DNA from: a virus
Taxonomy: Duplodnaviria > Caudoviricetes
Reading direction: 5' to 3' (one strand)
Length of the DNA stretch: 60,900 nt
Virus record (IMG/VR): IMGVR_UViG_3300031569_000004
Location: 1 to 60,900 of that record
Position numbers and translations under genes: made by a program. The notes below the pieces were generated by a model. It was not told where the DNA came from. It did no database searches and saw only the letters and a list, made by a program, of their open reading frames with translations. Shown here piece by piece: positions 47,644-56,765 of the stretch (position 1 is the stretch's first letter; every line of letters begins with the position of its first letter).

Positions 47644-48426
47644 ATGAAAAGAATCGTACTAGTCACAGGCGGATTTGATCCGCTACACTCCGGGCATATT
47701 GCCTATTTCAAAGCAGCTAAAGAACTTGGAAACGAGTTATGGGTTGGCGTTAACAGCGACGAGTGGTTAACAAACAAAAAGGGTATGCCGTTTATGCCCG
47801 TTCAAGAAAGAATTGCTATTATTAAAGAACTTGCTGTAGTAGACAATGTTATTACATTTAAAGATGATGAGGAAGGATCTGCATGTGGTGCGATAGACGT
47901 AGCACTTAGAACATCTGAAACAATGCATGACAGAATAGTGTTTGCTAATGGCGGCGACAGAGGTGAAGGCAATTCACCAGAAGTAGAAAAATTTTCCAAC
48001 AACGATAGAGTAGAATTTGAATTTGGCGTTGGTGGGACAGACAAAAAGAATTCAAGCAGTTGGATTTTAGGAGAATGGAAAACACCTAAAACAACACGCA
48101 AATGGGGTTGGTATAGAGTACTAGATCATCAACCAGAAAATAATTTTAAAATTAAAGAACTAGTAATTGAGCCAGGTGCATCTCTTTCTGATCAAAGACA
48201 TTTTAAAAGATCAGAACATTGGTATGTACTAAAAGGCAAAGTTAAAATAGATACTCAATGGAATGACATTAGTAATAGTGTAGAACTTTTACCCTTGCAA
48301 CGAGGGTATGATATTGCAGTAGGCACTTGGCACAAAGCAAGTAACCCCACAAACGAATTAACACATATACTAGAAGTTCAATATGGTGAATCTTGTATCG
48401 AAGAGGATATTGAAAGACGTGACTGA
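47644..48426 (+). CDS. Cytidylyltransferase-family nucleotidyltransferase fused to type II mannose-6-phosphate isomerase-like cupin
   Basis: GGFDPLHSGH, FANGGDR, KKNSSSWI; RKWGWY..LSDQRH.KRSEHW..WH..ILEVQYG..EEDIER. Confidence 0.85.
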   Translation: MKRIVLVTGGFDPLHSGHIAYFKAAKELGNELWVGVNSDEWLTNKKGMPFMPVQERIAIIKELAVVDNVITFKDDEEGSACGAIDVALRTSETMHDRIVFANGGDRGEGNSPEVEKFSNNDRVEFEFGVGGTDKKNSSSWILGEWKTPKTTRKWGWYRVLDHQPENNFKIKELVIEPGASLSDQRHFKRSEHWYVLKGKVKIDTQWNDISNSVELLPLQRGYDIAVGTWHKASNPTNELTHILEVQYGESCIEEDIERRD

Positions 48427-49228
48427 TTGGATCTTCATAAGCAAGGGAAATAAAGATCCCTACATCAATCGTTTTGCTAGAGGTTGCAATTCAAGTGTGG
48501 TAGATTCTAATACCTTTGATTATGACGACTCGGAAAATCCAATTGTGCTACGTGGTATCTTAAAAAAGAAATGGATGCATCGTTGTATGGAAGATGCTAG
48601 AGACTTTTACTATATGGACACTGGATATTTTGGTAATGAAATTACTAAAAGCAATCCTAATGGTTGGAAGTTTTGGCATAGAATTGTTAAAAACAATTTG
48701 CAACACAACAAAATTATTGAACGCCCATCGGCAAGATTTGAAGGATTTGGCAAGAAGTTTGTACCGTGGAATAAAAAAGGAAAGAAGATTCTTATTGCTG
48801 CGCCTGATGAAAAACCGATGAAATTTTACGATACTGATTTAGATACATGGTTATCTGAAACAGTTGAAACTATAAAGCAATACACTGATAGACCTATAGA
48901 AATTAGACAACGATCTAAACAACGTGCAGATAGAATGGTGAGTAATACGCTTGAACAAGCATTAGCTGATGATGTATTTGCATTAGTTACATTTAATTCT
49001 AATGCAGCAGTTGAGTCTGTTTTCCAAGGAATACCAGTATTTACACTAGCACCTGTTAGTGCAGCACTACCTGTTGGATCAAACGATTTAACAAAAATTG
49101 AAACACCGCATTACCCAACTCAAGACGTACTTTGGGCATGGGGATGTCATTTAGCACACGGTCAGTTTCACGATAGTGAATTAAGGACTGGCAAAGCTAA
49201 AGCATATTTGGAGGAAACATGGACTTAA
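48419..49228 (+). CDS. Capsule-synthesis-like (KpsS/KpsC-type) glycosyltransferase-like protein A
   Basis: YYMDTGYF, LVTFNSNAAVESVFQGIPVF, LAHGQF..E...G.A; GTG 48419 probable start. Confidence 0.55.
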   Translation: MTDWIFISKGNKDPYINRFARGCNSSVVDSNTFDYDDSENPIVLRGILKKKWMHRCMEDARDFYYMDTGYFGNEITKSNPNGWKFWHRIVKNNLQHNKIIERPSARFEGFGKKFVPWNKKGKKILIAAPDEKPMKFYDTDLDTWLSETVETIKQYTDRPIEIRQRSKQRADRMVSNTLEQALADDVFALVTFNSNAAVESVFQGIPVFTLAPVSAALPVGSNDLTKIETPHYPTQDVLWAWGCHLAHGQFHDSELRTGKAKAYLEETWT

Positions 49229-49905
49229 AAGTATTCGTAGGATACGACACTAAAGAAGATATAGCTTATCAAGTTTGTAAGCACAGCATTGAACGTCATA
49301 GCCCTACAGCAATAGTTAAACCACTAAAACAGTCTGAACTTAGAAGTCAAGGCTGGTATACAAGAGGCAACGATAAACTAGCAAGTACTGAGTTTACTTT
49401 TACTCGCTTCCTAGTACCAGAGCTTAGTAACTTTAATGGCTGGGCAGTATTTATGGATTGTGATATGTTGCTTACTACAGATATTAAAGAACTGTTTGAT
49501 CAAGCAGACGACAAGTATGCTATTATGTGTGTACATCACGACTATGCACCTAAAGAAGGCATTAAAATGGACGGACAGAAACAAACAGTGTATCCACGTA
49601 AAAACTGGTCAAGTGTTATGTTGTTTAATTGCGGCCATCCTGCTAACAAAGCATTGACTATGGATTTAGTTAACGAACCAGAAATTAACGGTGCATACTT
49701 GCATCGCTTTAGTTGGTTAGCAAGTGATGACTTAATTGGTGAAATCTCGCCCGAATGGAATTGGTTAGTAGGACACTACCAAGAGCCAACAGACGGCACA
49801 CCAAAACTAATACATTACACGGAAGGTGGCCCGTGGTTTGAAAACTATCGTACATGCGAATACCATAAAGAGTGGAAAGCTGAATTACAGGACATGATGA
49901 GATAA
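49219..49905 (+). CDS. GT-A (GT8-like) glycosyltransferase
   Basis: STEFTFTRFLVP, FMDCD (DxD), YPRKNWSS, HYTEGGPW. Confidence 0.85.
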   Translation: MDLKVFVGYDTKEDIAYQVCKHSIERHSPTAIVKPLKQSELRSQGWYTRGNDKLASTEFTFTRFLVPELSNFNGWAVFMDCDMLLTTDIKELFDQADDKYAIMCVHHDYAPKEGIKMDGQKQTVYPRKNWSSVMLFNCGHPANKALTMDLVNEPEINGAYLHRFSWLASDDLIGEISPEWNWLVGHYQEPTDGTPKLIHYTEGGPWFENYRTCEYHKEWKAELQDMMR

Positions 49906-50681
49906 TGACACTAAGCCCTGAAGAAATCTTAGTTAAGGGATCTGGAGACAAACTAACAGTTGAGTCTTCTAACTTATCCAAACCTATGGTTATTAGAGGT
50001 GTAATTAAAAAACAACATGCTGACAACTGTGTAAAAAATAATAGAGACTATTGGTACATTGACACAGGTTACTTTGGTAATTTTCCTAGTACAGGAAATA
50101 AAAAAGGCAATAAGAAGTGGCACAGGATTGTTAAAAATGAAAATCAACTATCTACGTTTAGACCAAATTTGCCACAAGATAGATGGAACAATCTTGTTAA
50201 AGATGATCCAAGAATTCAATGGTCAGGCTGGAAGAATCACGATAAAAAGATTCTATTAGTAATGCCTAATCCTAAAGCATGTGCATGGTATAATGTTGAC
50301 TATAACAAATGGGTCAAACAAACTACAAAACAGATTAAACAACATATTGATTTACCAATTGAAGTAAGAATTAAAGGTTCACGTACAGCACGTAACTTTG
50401 AATACTCAATTTACGATGCTTTTAATTCTGGAGTGTATGCTACAGTAACAATGAATAGCATGGCTGCACTTGAATCTGTTCTATACGGTATTCCAGCATT
50501 TGTTACATCGCCTTGCGCAGCTACACCTTTAGCGTCAACGGACCTAAGTCAGCTTAGTAGTCCTTACTATCCTGAATTGGATAAAATACAACAGCACTGT
50601 CATAGCCTTGCGTATGGACAGTTTACATTTGATGAAGTTGAGTCTGGTGCTGCATACAACTTAGTGGAGAAATACAGCTAA
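49905..50681 (+). CDS. Capsule-synthesis-like glycosyltransferase-like protein B
   Basis: WYIDTGYF, TMNSMAALESVLYGIPAF, LAYGQFT..E...G.A; paralogue of A. Confidence 0.55.
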   Translation: MTLSPEEILVKGSGDKLTVESSNLSKPMVIRGVIKKQHADNCVKNNRDYWYIDTGYFGNFPSTGNKKGNKKWHRIVKNENQLSTFRPNLPQDRWNNLVKDDPRIQWSGWKNHDKKILLVMPNPKACAWYNVDYNKWVKQTTKQIKQHIDLPIEVRIKGSRTARNFEYSIYDAFNSGVYATVTMNSMAALESVLYGIPAFVTSPCAATPLASTDLSQLSSPYYPELDKIQQHCHSLAYGQFTFDEVESGAAYNLVEKYS

Positions 50682-51787
50682 TGAAATTGCTGATGAACGA
50701 TAAAGAAATTGCAAACTTTTTACTGTCGTTAGTGCCAGTGCCTGAAGAGTTATTCAAATTTAATATGCAAGACAGATACTGTGCAACTTATATTCAAGAC
50801 CATCTTAGTAAAAAAGCTAAATGGAAAGAACCAAATCGCAAACTGGAACCAGATGAAAAGAAGAAATTTAGAGATAAACTTCTTAAAGCTGTACGCAGAG
50901 ATTTAGATGAATGGGTTGATGTAGTTAACAAAAACAAAGGCGGAATACGTGATAACTATTTTCACGCAATACATAATAACATTGAATATTTTATTGATGC
51001 ATTTGGCATCGACGAAATCTTTGCAAAATATAAAGTTGCTGAATATAAAAACTTTGTAAAAGGTACTGGCGCACATCTTGGTGCCGGTGCAAACAACGAA
51101 TTTATTAGAAGAAAAGAGTTTACTTCGTTTACTGATGATTGTCTAATTAGAAACACAGTTGGTAATGAAGATCTGCTTGTTACAAAAATTGATAACAACT
51201 ATCCTTTTTGGTTTATTGATAGCGGTTATACAAACTTCCTCGAATCAAATAAAAAATGGCATAGACTAGTGCGTAGTCATTTACACTACGGCAAGTCTTT
51301 TGATGCACCTGCAGACAGATTAGGTAATTTTAAAAAGTTTCCTAGACCTTGGAGGAAAGACGGAGAAATTATTTACGTAATTGAACCTGGACCGTTTGCA
51401 GCAAGTATTATGCACGTAGATCTAAAAACTTGGAAGTATGATGTAGCAAAAGAGTTACGTAAGTATACTGACAAGCGCATTAGATTTAGATCTAAGGCAC
51501 CTAAAAAGAAAAGAACTGACCTACATAAAGAATTGTTAAATGACGATTATTACTGCTTAGTAAACATTAATAGTAACGCAGCAACAGAAGCTATATGGGC
51601 CGGAGTTCCAGCTATAGCGCTAGATACACACATAACAAACCCAGTAACACGCAATAAATTATCAGATATTAACAACCTTTATCGTGATAATATTGGATCT
51701 TGGTTATGTATGTTAAGCTATTCTCAATTTACAAAAGAAGAACTACTTAACGGAAAAGCAGCGTCAGTTGTAAAGAGACTTCCATGA
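50681..51787 (+). CDS. Capsule-synthesis-like glycosyltransferase-like protein C
   Basis: WFIDSGY, INSNAATEAIWAGVPAI, LSYSQFT.EE. Confidence 0.55.
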   Translation: MKLLMNDKEIANFLLSLVPVPEELFKFNMQDRYCATYIQDHLSKKAKWKEPNRKLEPDEKKKFRDKLLKAVRRDLDEWVDVVNKNKGGIRDNYFHAIHNNIEYFIDAFGIDEIFAKYKVAEYKNFVKGTGAHLGAGANNEFIRRKEFTSFTDDCLIRNTVGNEDLLVTKIDNNYPFWFIDSGYTNFLESNKKWHRLVRSHLHYGKSFDAPADRLGNFKKFPRPWRKDGEIIYVIEPGPFAASIMHVDLKTWKYDVAKELRKYTDKRIRFRSKAPKKKRTDLHKELLNDDYYCLVNINSNAATEAIWAGVPAIALDTHITNPVTRNKLSDINNLYRDNIGSWLCMLSYSQFTKEELLNGKAASVVKRLP

Positions 51788-52701
51788 CGTTAACAGCAGT
51801 AGCATACTATGCTGGCATTCCGCCACATAATAACAATCCAGAAAAGCCACTAATCTTAGATAACTTTCTAGCAGGTGTTAAGGCATCTGGTGATAATGCT
51901 ATTGACCATCGACAGTTAAGTACAATTCCACATGCTGATGTTGCATTGATACAAGGGTTTGTACACGAACACGGAAAAAATGCACCTCATCTTGTTTTAA
52001 GAAAAAATGCAGTAGAACAACAACAGCAACCAGGTAAACGATCTTTAATAGTTGACAGTAATTTATTTTTAGCATACGATCAAGGAAATACAAATCGTTA
52101 TTTACGATATAGTTACGATGGAGTATTTCCCACTACAGGATTTTATTTTGATACAGATGTTGATCCTACTCGCTGGCAAAAAATTAGTAGCAGATTAAAT
52201 ATTCAAATGAAACCTTGGAGAACTGAAGGTAATCATATTCTAGTATGTTTGCAACGCAACGGCGGTTGGAGTATGCGTGGGTATAATAGTGTACAATGGG
52301 CGAACGATACTATTGCAACTATTAGAAACATAACTGATAGACCAATATTAGTTAGAGGACATCCAGGCGATAAAAAGACAAGATACTTTCCGCAACATAA
52401 AGATGTATTTGTAAGCAATTCACCTAGTATTCTACAAGATTTAAAGAACGCATGGGCAACTGTGCTATATAATAGTAGTCCTAGTGTTATTAGTGCAATT
52501 GAAGGAGTTCCGGTATTCTTAACTGATCCTAGTCCAGAACACAGTCAGAGTCACGAAGTAGCAAATACAAAAATTAAAAGATTAAATGATCCAAAACTTT
52601 TTGATAGGCAGGAATGGATAGAAAAGTTGGCAATGTGCCATTGGAACTTTCAAGAACTAGCCTCAGGAGAGGCATGGAAACACTTTAGGAGATACATATG
52701 A
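51784..52701 (+). CDS. Capsule-synthesis-like glycosyltransferase-like protein D
   Basis: ILVCLQ, RPILVRGHP, YNSSPSVISAIEGVPVF. Confidence 0.6.
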   Translation: MTLTAVAYYAGIPPHNNNPEKPLILDNFLAGVKASGDNAIDHRQLSTIPHADVALIQGFVHEHGKNAPHLVLRKNAVEQQQQPGKRSLIVDSNLFLAYDQGNTNRYLRYSYDGVFPTTGFYFDTDVDPTRWQKISSRLNIQMKPWRTEGNHILVCLQRNGGWSMRGYNSVQWANDTIATIRNITDRPILVRGHPGDKKTRYFPQHKDVFVSNSPSILQDLKNAWATVLYNSSPSVISAIEGVPVFLTDPSPEHSQSHEVANTKIKRLNDPKLFDRQEWIEKLAMCHWNFQELASGEAWKHFRRYI

Positions 52702-53444
52702 TTAAATTAGACAATGGATGGCATATGCCAGACAACGAAGTAAAGATGACTAGACATATTCAAGAAGATACTGATATGTATAATCCTAATTACGAAAGAA
52801 AAATTAGAGATGCTATTTTAGCAGCCATTCCGATCAAAGGAATATTTGTTGATGTTGGTGCTAACGTAGGACTTTGGTCAATGGATATGAAAAAACATTT
52901 TAGAAAAGTAGTTTCTTATGAGCCTAGTGAAAGAGTTCACGAATGCCTAGTAAAAAACTTAGGTGAGTATGATACCATTAACATTAGACGTAAAGCATTA
53001 GGCGATAAAGCTGTAACTGTACAGTTTCATGACGGGATTAAAAACTGCGGTGATAGTAAAATTGCAATGTGGGAGTCTGATGCGTTTTATTATGTTGATG
53101 TTGTAAAATTAGACGATGAAGGTATCAAGAATATTTCATTAATTAAAATTGATGTGCAAGGATACGAATTACCGGCAGTTTTAGGAATGGAAAAAGTTAT
53201 TGAAGAGCAGCAACCGTGGGTAGCATTTGAAATTAATAATGATGTTGACGTTATTTGTAAGTTTTTAGAAGATAGAGGTTACGACCAAATATACATGAAG
53301 TCAAAAAGAGTGTTAATTTATGCACCAAAAACAGGACCTATGGCGCCAGCAAGTAAATTTATGGGTAGATACTTAGGACCAGGACCTTATGAAAAATTAA
53401 GTGGTAAAAGTGGTAAAGTAATTCCGTTGCAACAAGGAAGATAG
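52698..53444 (+). CDS. FkbM-family SAM methyltransferase
   Basis: VDVGANVG, YEP, IKIDVQGYE..V..G. Confidence 0.88.
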   Translation: MIKLDNGWHMPDNEVKMTRHIQEDTDMYNPNYERKIRDAILAAIPIKGIFVDVGANVGLWSMDMKKHFRKVVSYEPSERVHECLVKNLGEYDTINIRRKALGDKAVTVQFHDGIKNCGDSKIAMWESDAFYYVDVVKLDDEGIKNISLIKIDVQGYELPAVLGMEKVIEEQQPWVAFEINNDVDVICKFLEDRGYDQIYMKSKRVLIYAPKTGPMAPASKFMGRYLGPGPYEKLSGKSGKVIPLQQGR

Positions 53445-53445
53445 T

Positions 53446-53865
53446 GTGAACAAGGCTGCGAAACGTATTCAAAAATGTGCTTTTAAAAGACCGTTTGTTG
53501 ATTGCTTAGTAATCGGCACAGGCATGGGTGCATTTGACGAATTATTTGATTTATTTGACACTGTTTTTGTATATGACAAAGGAGCACCTAGAGTAAGACG
53601 ATCTAATGTAGTATACAAAGCAAAATTAAAAGATTGCTCACTGTCAACAATCACTACTGTGTTTATAGATAGAGAATTAGTAAAAGTTTTAGACCACTTA
53701 GGCGCTATTTTAGCAAACCCTTCACCTGATGTATTCATAGCAGGAGAAGAGCCTATTGATAGAAACCAAAGTGCCAATTTGTATAGGCACAAATATAATT
53801 GTAAAATGACAACAGGAACATTTCATGTTTGGACCTGTATGAAAAACGGAGAATTTTTCCAATGA
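53446..53865 (+). CDS. Hypothetical protein (possible degenerate methyltransferase fold)
   Basis: LVIGTGMG; packed in operon. Confidence 0.45.
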   Translation: MNKAAKRIQKCAFKRPFVDCLVIGTGMGAFDELFDLFDTVFVYDKGAPRVRRSNVVYKAKLKDCSLSTITTVFIDRELVKVLDHLGAILANPSPDVFIAGEEPIDRNQSANLYRHKYNCKMTTGTFHVWTCMKNGEFFQ

Positions 53866-54674
53866 CAATAAGTGTAGTAACAACATTCCACGCAAAAGGC
53901 TTACAACAGTACGGACAACGTATGATTGATAGTTTTATTGATAATTGGCCTTCAGAAATTAAGTTGCATGTATACGCAGAAGATTGTAACCCTAAAATTA
54001 AGGATCATAGCAGAATTGAATTGTATGATCTACATTCGAGTGTGCCAGAGCTAGTTGCATTTAAACAAAGATGGAAAGATGTGCCTAAAGCAAACGGTGA
54101 TGTAAGTGGTGACCCTATTCGTAGTAGAAGACGTGACTCGGGTAAAGGATTTAAATGGGACGCAATTCGTTTTGCACACAAAGTATACAGTATTTTTCAC
54201 TGTGCTACTATATGCGATACTGAAAGACTTATGTGGATGGATGCAGACACTTTTTGCCACAGTCCGATATCCTATAGTCGAGTAAACGATCTTGCTCCAC
54301 CACACAAAGATATTTGTTTTCTTGGAAGAAAAGGTAAGTTTTCAGAATGTGGACTATATTCAATGACGCTAGGTAACAAGCAAACAACACGCTTTATGAG
54401 AGAATTTAAAAGGGTATACGAAGAAGCAGAAAACAATGGTATCTTTCAAATGGAAGAGTGGCATGATAGTTATGTATTTGATGTAGTTCGATCAAGAGTA
54501 CCTATGAACGAGTGGAATTGGGCCGAAGGCCTAGTTACTGGTGAAGGCCACCCGCTTATTAATTCGATGTGGGGAGCATATCTTGATCATCTCAAAGGTG
54601 GACGTAAACAATTAGGTAAAAGTAAACGCACAGATTTACTTGTGCCTAGAACTGAAGCATACTGGAATCAGTAA
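53862..54674 (+). CDS. GT-A glycosyltransferase-like protein
   Basis: VVTTF, DAIRFAHKVY, WMDAD (DxD), ECG, EWHDS..FD, HLKG; ATGA overlap start. Confidence 0.75.
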   Translation: MTISVVTTFHAKGLQQYGQRMIDSFIDNWPSEIKLHVYAEDCNPKIKDHSRIELYDLHSSVPELVAFKQRWKDVPKANGDVSGDPIRSRRRDSGKGFKWDAIRFAHKVYSIFHCATICDTERLMWMDADTFCHSPISYSRVNDLAPPHKDICFLGRKGKFSECGLYSMTLGNKQTTRFMREFKRVYEEAENNGIFQMEEWHDSYVFDVVRSRVPMNEWNWAEGLVTGEGHPLINSMWGAYLDHLKGGRKQLGKSKRTDLLVPRTEAYWNQ

Positions 54675-55537
54675 TGTGGATGTCTATGAAGTTTAGGATA
54701 TGGAGGGAGTATGGCGCACTTAATAGTAAACCTATTTTTGATGCTTTTGAACACAGCATTATATCTAGTGGGCACAGTGTTGTTAACGATGATACTAGTG
54801 CCGACGTTAATGTTATTTGGAGTGTTTTGTTTAATGGTAGAATGGGGCCTAATCAAACTATCTGGAATCAGTCCAAACCCACCATCGTCCTTGAGGTAGG
54901 TGGTATCAAACGAGGCACTACATGGAAGGTAGGAGTAAATGGGATTAATAGAGATGCTTACTTTGGGCCCAATAATAATAACAGTGATCGCCATCGTTTA
55001 CTCGGTTTATCGTTAAAGCCTTGGAGTACTGACGGAGAATTTATTCTCATAGCAGGACAGCACGATAAAAGTTTACAATGGAAAAACATGGTACCAATGA
55101 GCAGTTGGGTCATGGATACTATTGATACTATTCGAACACATAGTGACCGCCCTATACTATTCCGACCACATCCTAGATGCCCGTTACATTCCATAGAACA
55201 TCAGTTTAAAAACGTATATAGGCAAAACCCAATACAACTGCCAAATAGTTACGATGACTTTGACCTAGATTTTAACCGCATATACGCTACTGTAAGCTGG
55301 AGTAGTAACCCGGGTATACATAGTGTCATAGATGGCGTTCCAGCGTTTGTAGGGCCCAGCTCGTTAGCGTATGACGTGGCTAATACCGACTTATCTCAAA
55401 TAAACAATCCGCTAATGCCAGATAGACAGCAATGGCTTAACGATTATGCACACACTGAATGGACAGTTACTGAAATTGCAGACGGACTTCCATTAACACA
55501 ATTAGAAAATTACCTAGAAACTAAAATTACTTCTTGA
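54674..55537 (+). CDS. Capsule-synthesis-like glycosyltransferase-like protein E
   Basis: ILIAGQH..S, RPILFRPHP, WSSNPGIHSVIDGVPAF; start may be 54686. Confidence 0.6.
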   Translation: MWMSMKFRIWREYGALNSKPIFDAFEHSIISSGHSVVNDDTSADVNVIWSVLFNGRMGPNQTIWNQSKPTIVLEVGGIKRGTTWKVGVNGINRDAYFGPNNNNSDRHRLLGLSLKPWSTDGEFILIAGQHDKSLQWKNMVPMSSWVMDTIDTIRTHSDRPILFRPHPRCPLHSIEHQFKNVYRQNPIQLPNSYDDFDLDFNRIYATVSWSSNPGIHSVIDGVPAFVGPSSLAYDVANTDLSQINNPLMPDRQQWLNDYAHTEWTVTEIADGLPLTQLENYLETKITS

Positions 55538-55562
55538 TTTATATCGTTAACTGTTGTATAAT
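55534..55562 (+). promoter_or_regulatory. sigma70-type promoter, probably leaderless
   Basis: TTGATT-17 bp-TATAAT, ATG 6 nt downstream at 55569. Confidence 0.65.
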
Positions 55563-55568
55563 AGTATT

Positions 55569-56765
55569 ATGAGACAGCATAGTTATACAGAAGATTTATT
55601 CATCGATTTTGTCGAAACAGTCGAAAGAGAATTCTATTCATTGCAGTATCAAGATAGATCTGCAGCGCATAGTTTTCACACGGCTCTTGTTGACGGCAGA
55701 CATCTAACAGAAAAACAAGCACAGTATGTTTTAAAGATTCTTTTCAAATACAGAAAAACAGTTGGGAAAGAACTTGACTATGCTAATCATATGGAGATGC
55801 CTCAATGGAAACATCCGTTTAGACAAATAGACAATTCAAAGAAAGTATGGATTGAAACAGTAGGCAAAACACCAGCCATTGTACTTAAATTTCCATTCGG
55901 TTTCAAACAAGAGTTTGATGACTTTATTAAAGAAATTAGATACAACACAGATTATAAAAAGAATCAGTGGGATGCTGAACGTAAGGTAAGACTGCTAGGC
56001 TTTTATGATTACAACGTACTCTTATTAAAAGAATTTTTAGTAAACGCAGGATTTGAACTATCTTTAGAGTTTCATGATGCTGTTGATAGAGTTGAAGAAA
56101 TATTTCAAGACCAAACCGAATATGTTAAACGTTGTAAAATTGTAGAAGGTAGTGTTGAACTAGTTAATCCTAGTGAAAGTGCAGAAATATATTTTAGAAG
56201 AAACAAAACTACAAGTTTAGACAACAACTTAATTTTAGCTAAATCTTTAGGTCATACACTTCATCAAAAGACTGGCAAACTTAGTATTGCTAAGAAAATT
56301 GCTTCGACTCCGTCAAATGCATTTTGGATTAAAGATCTAGCTGAGTTTATAAAATTAGGGTATTTGGTAAATGGTAGAATTGGCATTATTTTAGATCGTA
56401 CTAGCCAAGCAGGAACATGGTTAGAAGACTTGTTAGAAACTATTGCTATTAATAATTTTAACAAATCTGATTTTAGAGTTTGTTTTAGAGCCGGAAAACA
56501 TGATGATCCAAAATTTAACAATTGGGTAAGAGATAACGGCTTAGGCGGTAAGATTGATGGTGCTAAGTTCTTAATCTTCAATCAAAAACCTCCAAAGTGG
56601 TTGTATAAGGATGAAAACGATGTTATAATACTAGCAAGTAATCAGTTGTTTGCACCTACTAACACTATGGCAAGACATCTGTTTAAAAACCATAACTGTG
56701 TAGTGTATGTTGGCGACATACAACCTACAAGAGACCAACGTGAGGAAGACCTAATTGAATTGTAA
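55569..56765 (+). CDS. Hypothetical protein upstream of uvsW
   Basis: Long ORF; start moved to ATG after the promoter. Confidence 0.7.
   Translation: MRQHSYTEDLFIDFVETVEREFYSLQYQDRSAAHSFHTALVDGRHLTEKQAQYVLKILFKYRKTVGKELDYANHMEMPQWKHPFRQIDNSKKVWIETVGKTPAIVLKFPFGFKQEFDDFIKEIRYNTDYKKNQWDAERKVRLLGFYDYNVLLLKEFLVNAGFELSLEFHDAVDRVEEIFQDQTEYVKRCKIVEGSVELVNPSESAEIYFRRNKTTSLDNNLILAKSLGHTLHQKTGKLSIAKKIASTPSNAFWIKDLAEFIKLGYLVNGRIGIILDRTSQAGTWLEDLLETIAINNFNKSDFRVCFRAGKHDDPKFNNWVRDNGLGGKIDGAKFLIFNQKPPKWLYKDENDVIILASNQLFAPTNTMARHLFKNHNCVVYVGDIQPTRDQREEDLIEL
56601..56629 (+). promoter_or_regulatory. Internal sigma70-type promoter for uvsW
   Basis: TTGTAT-17 bp-TATAAT with TGn extended -10. Confidence 0.45.
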
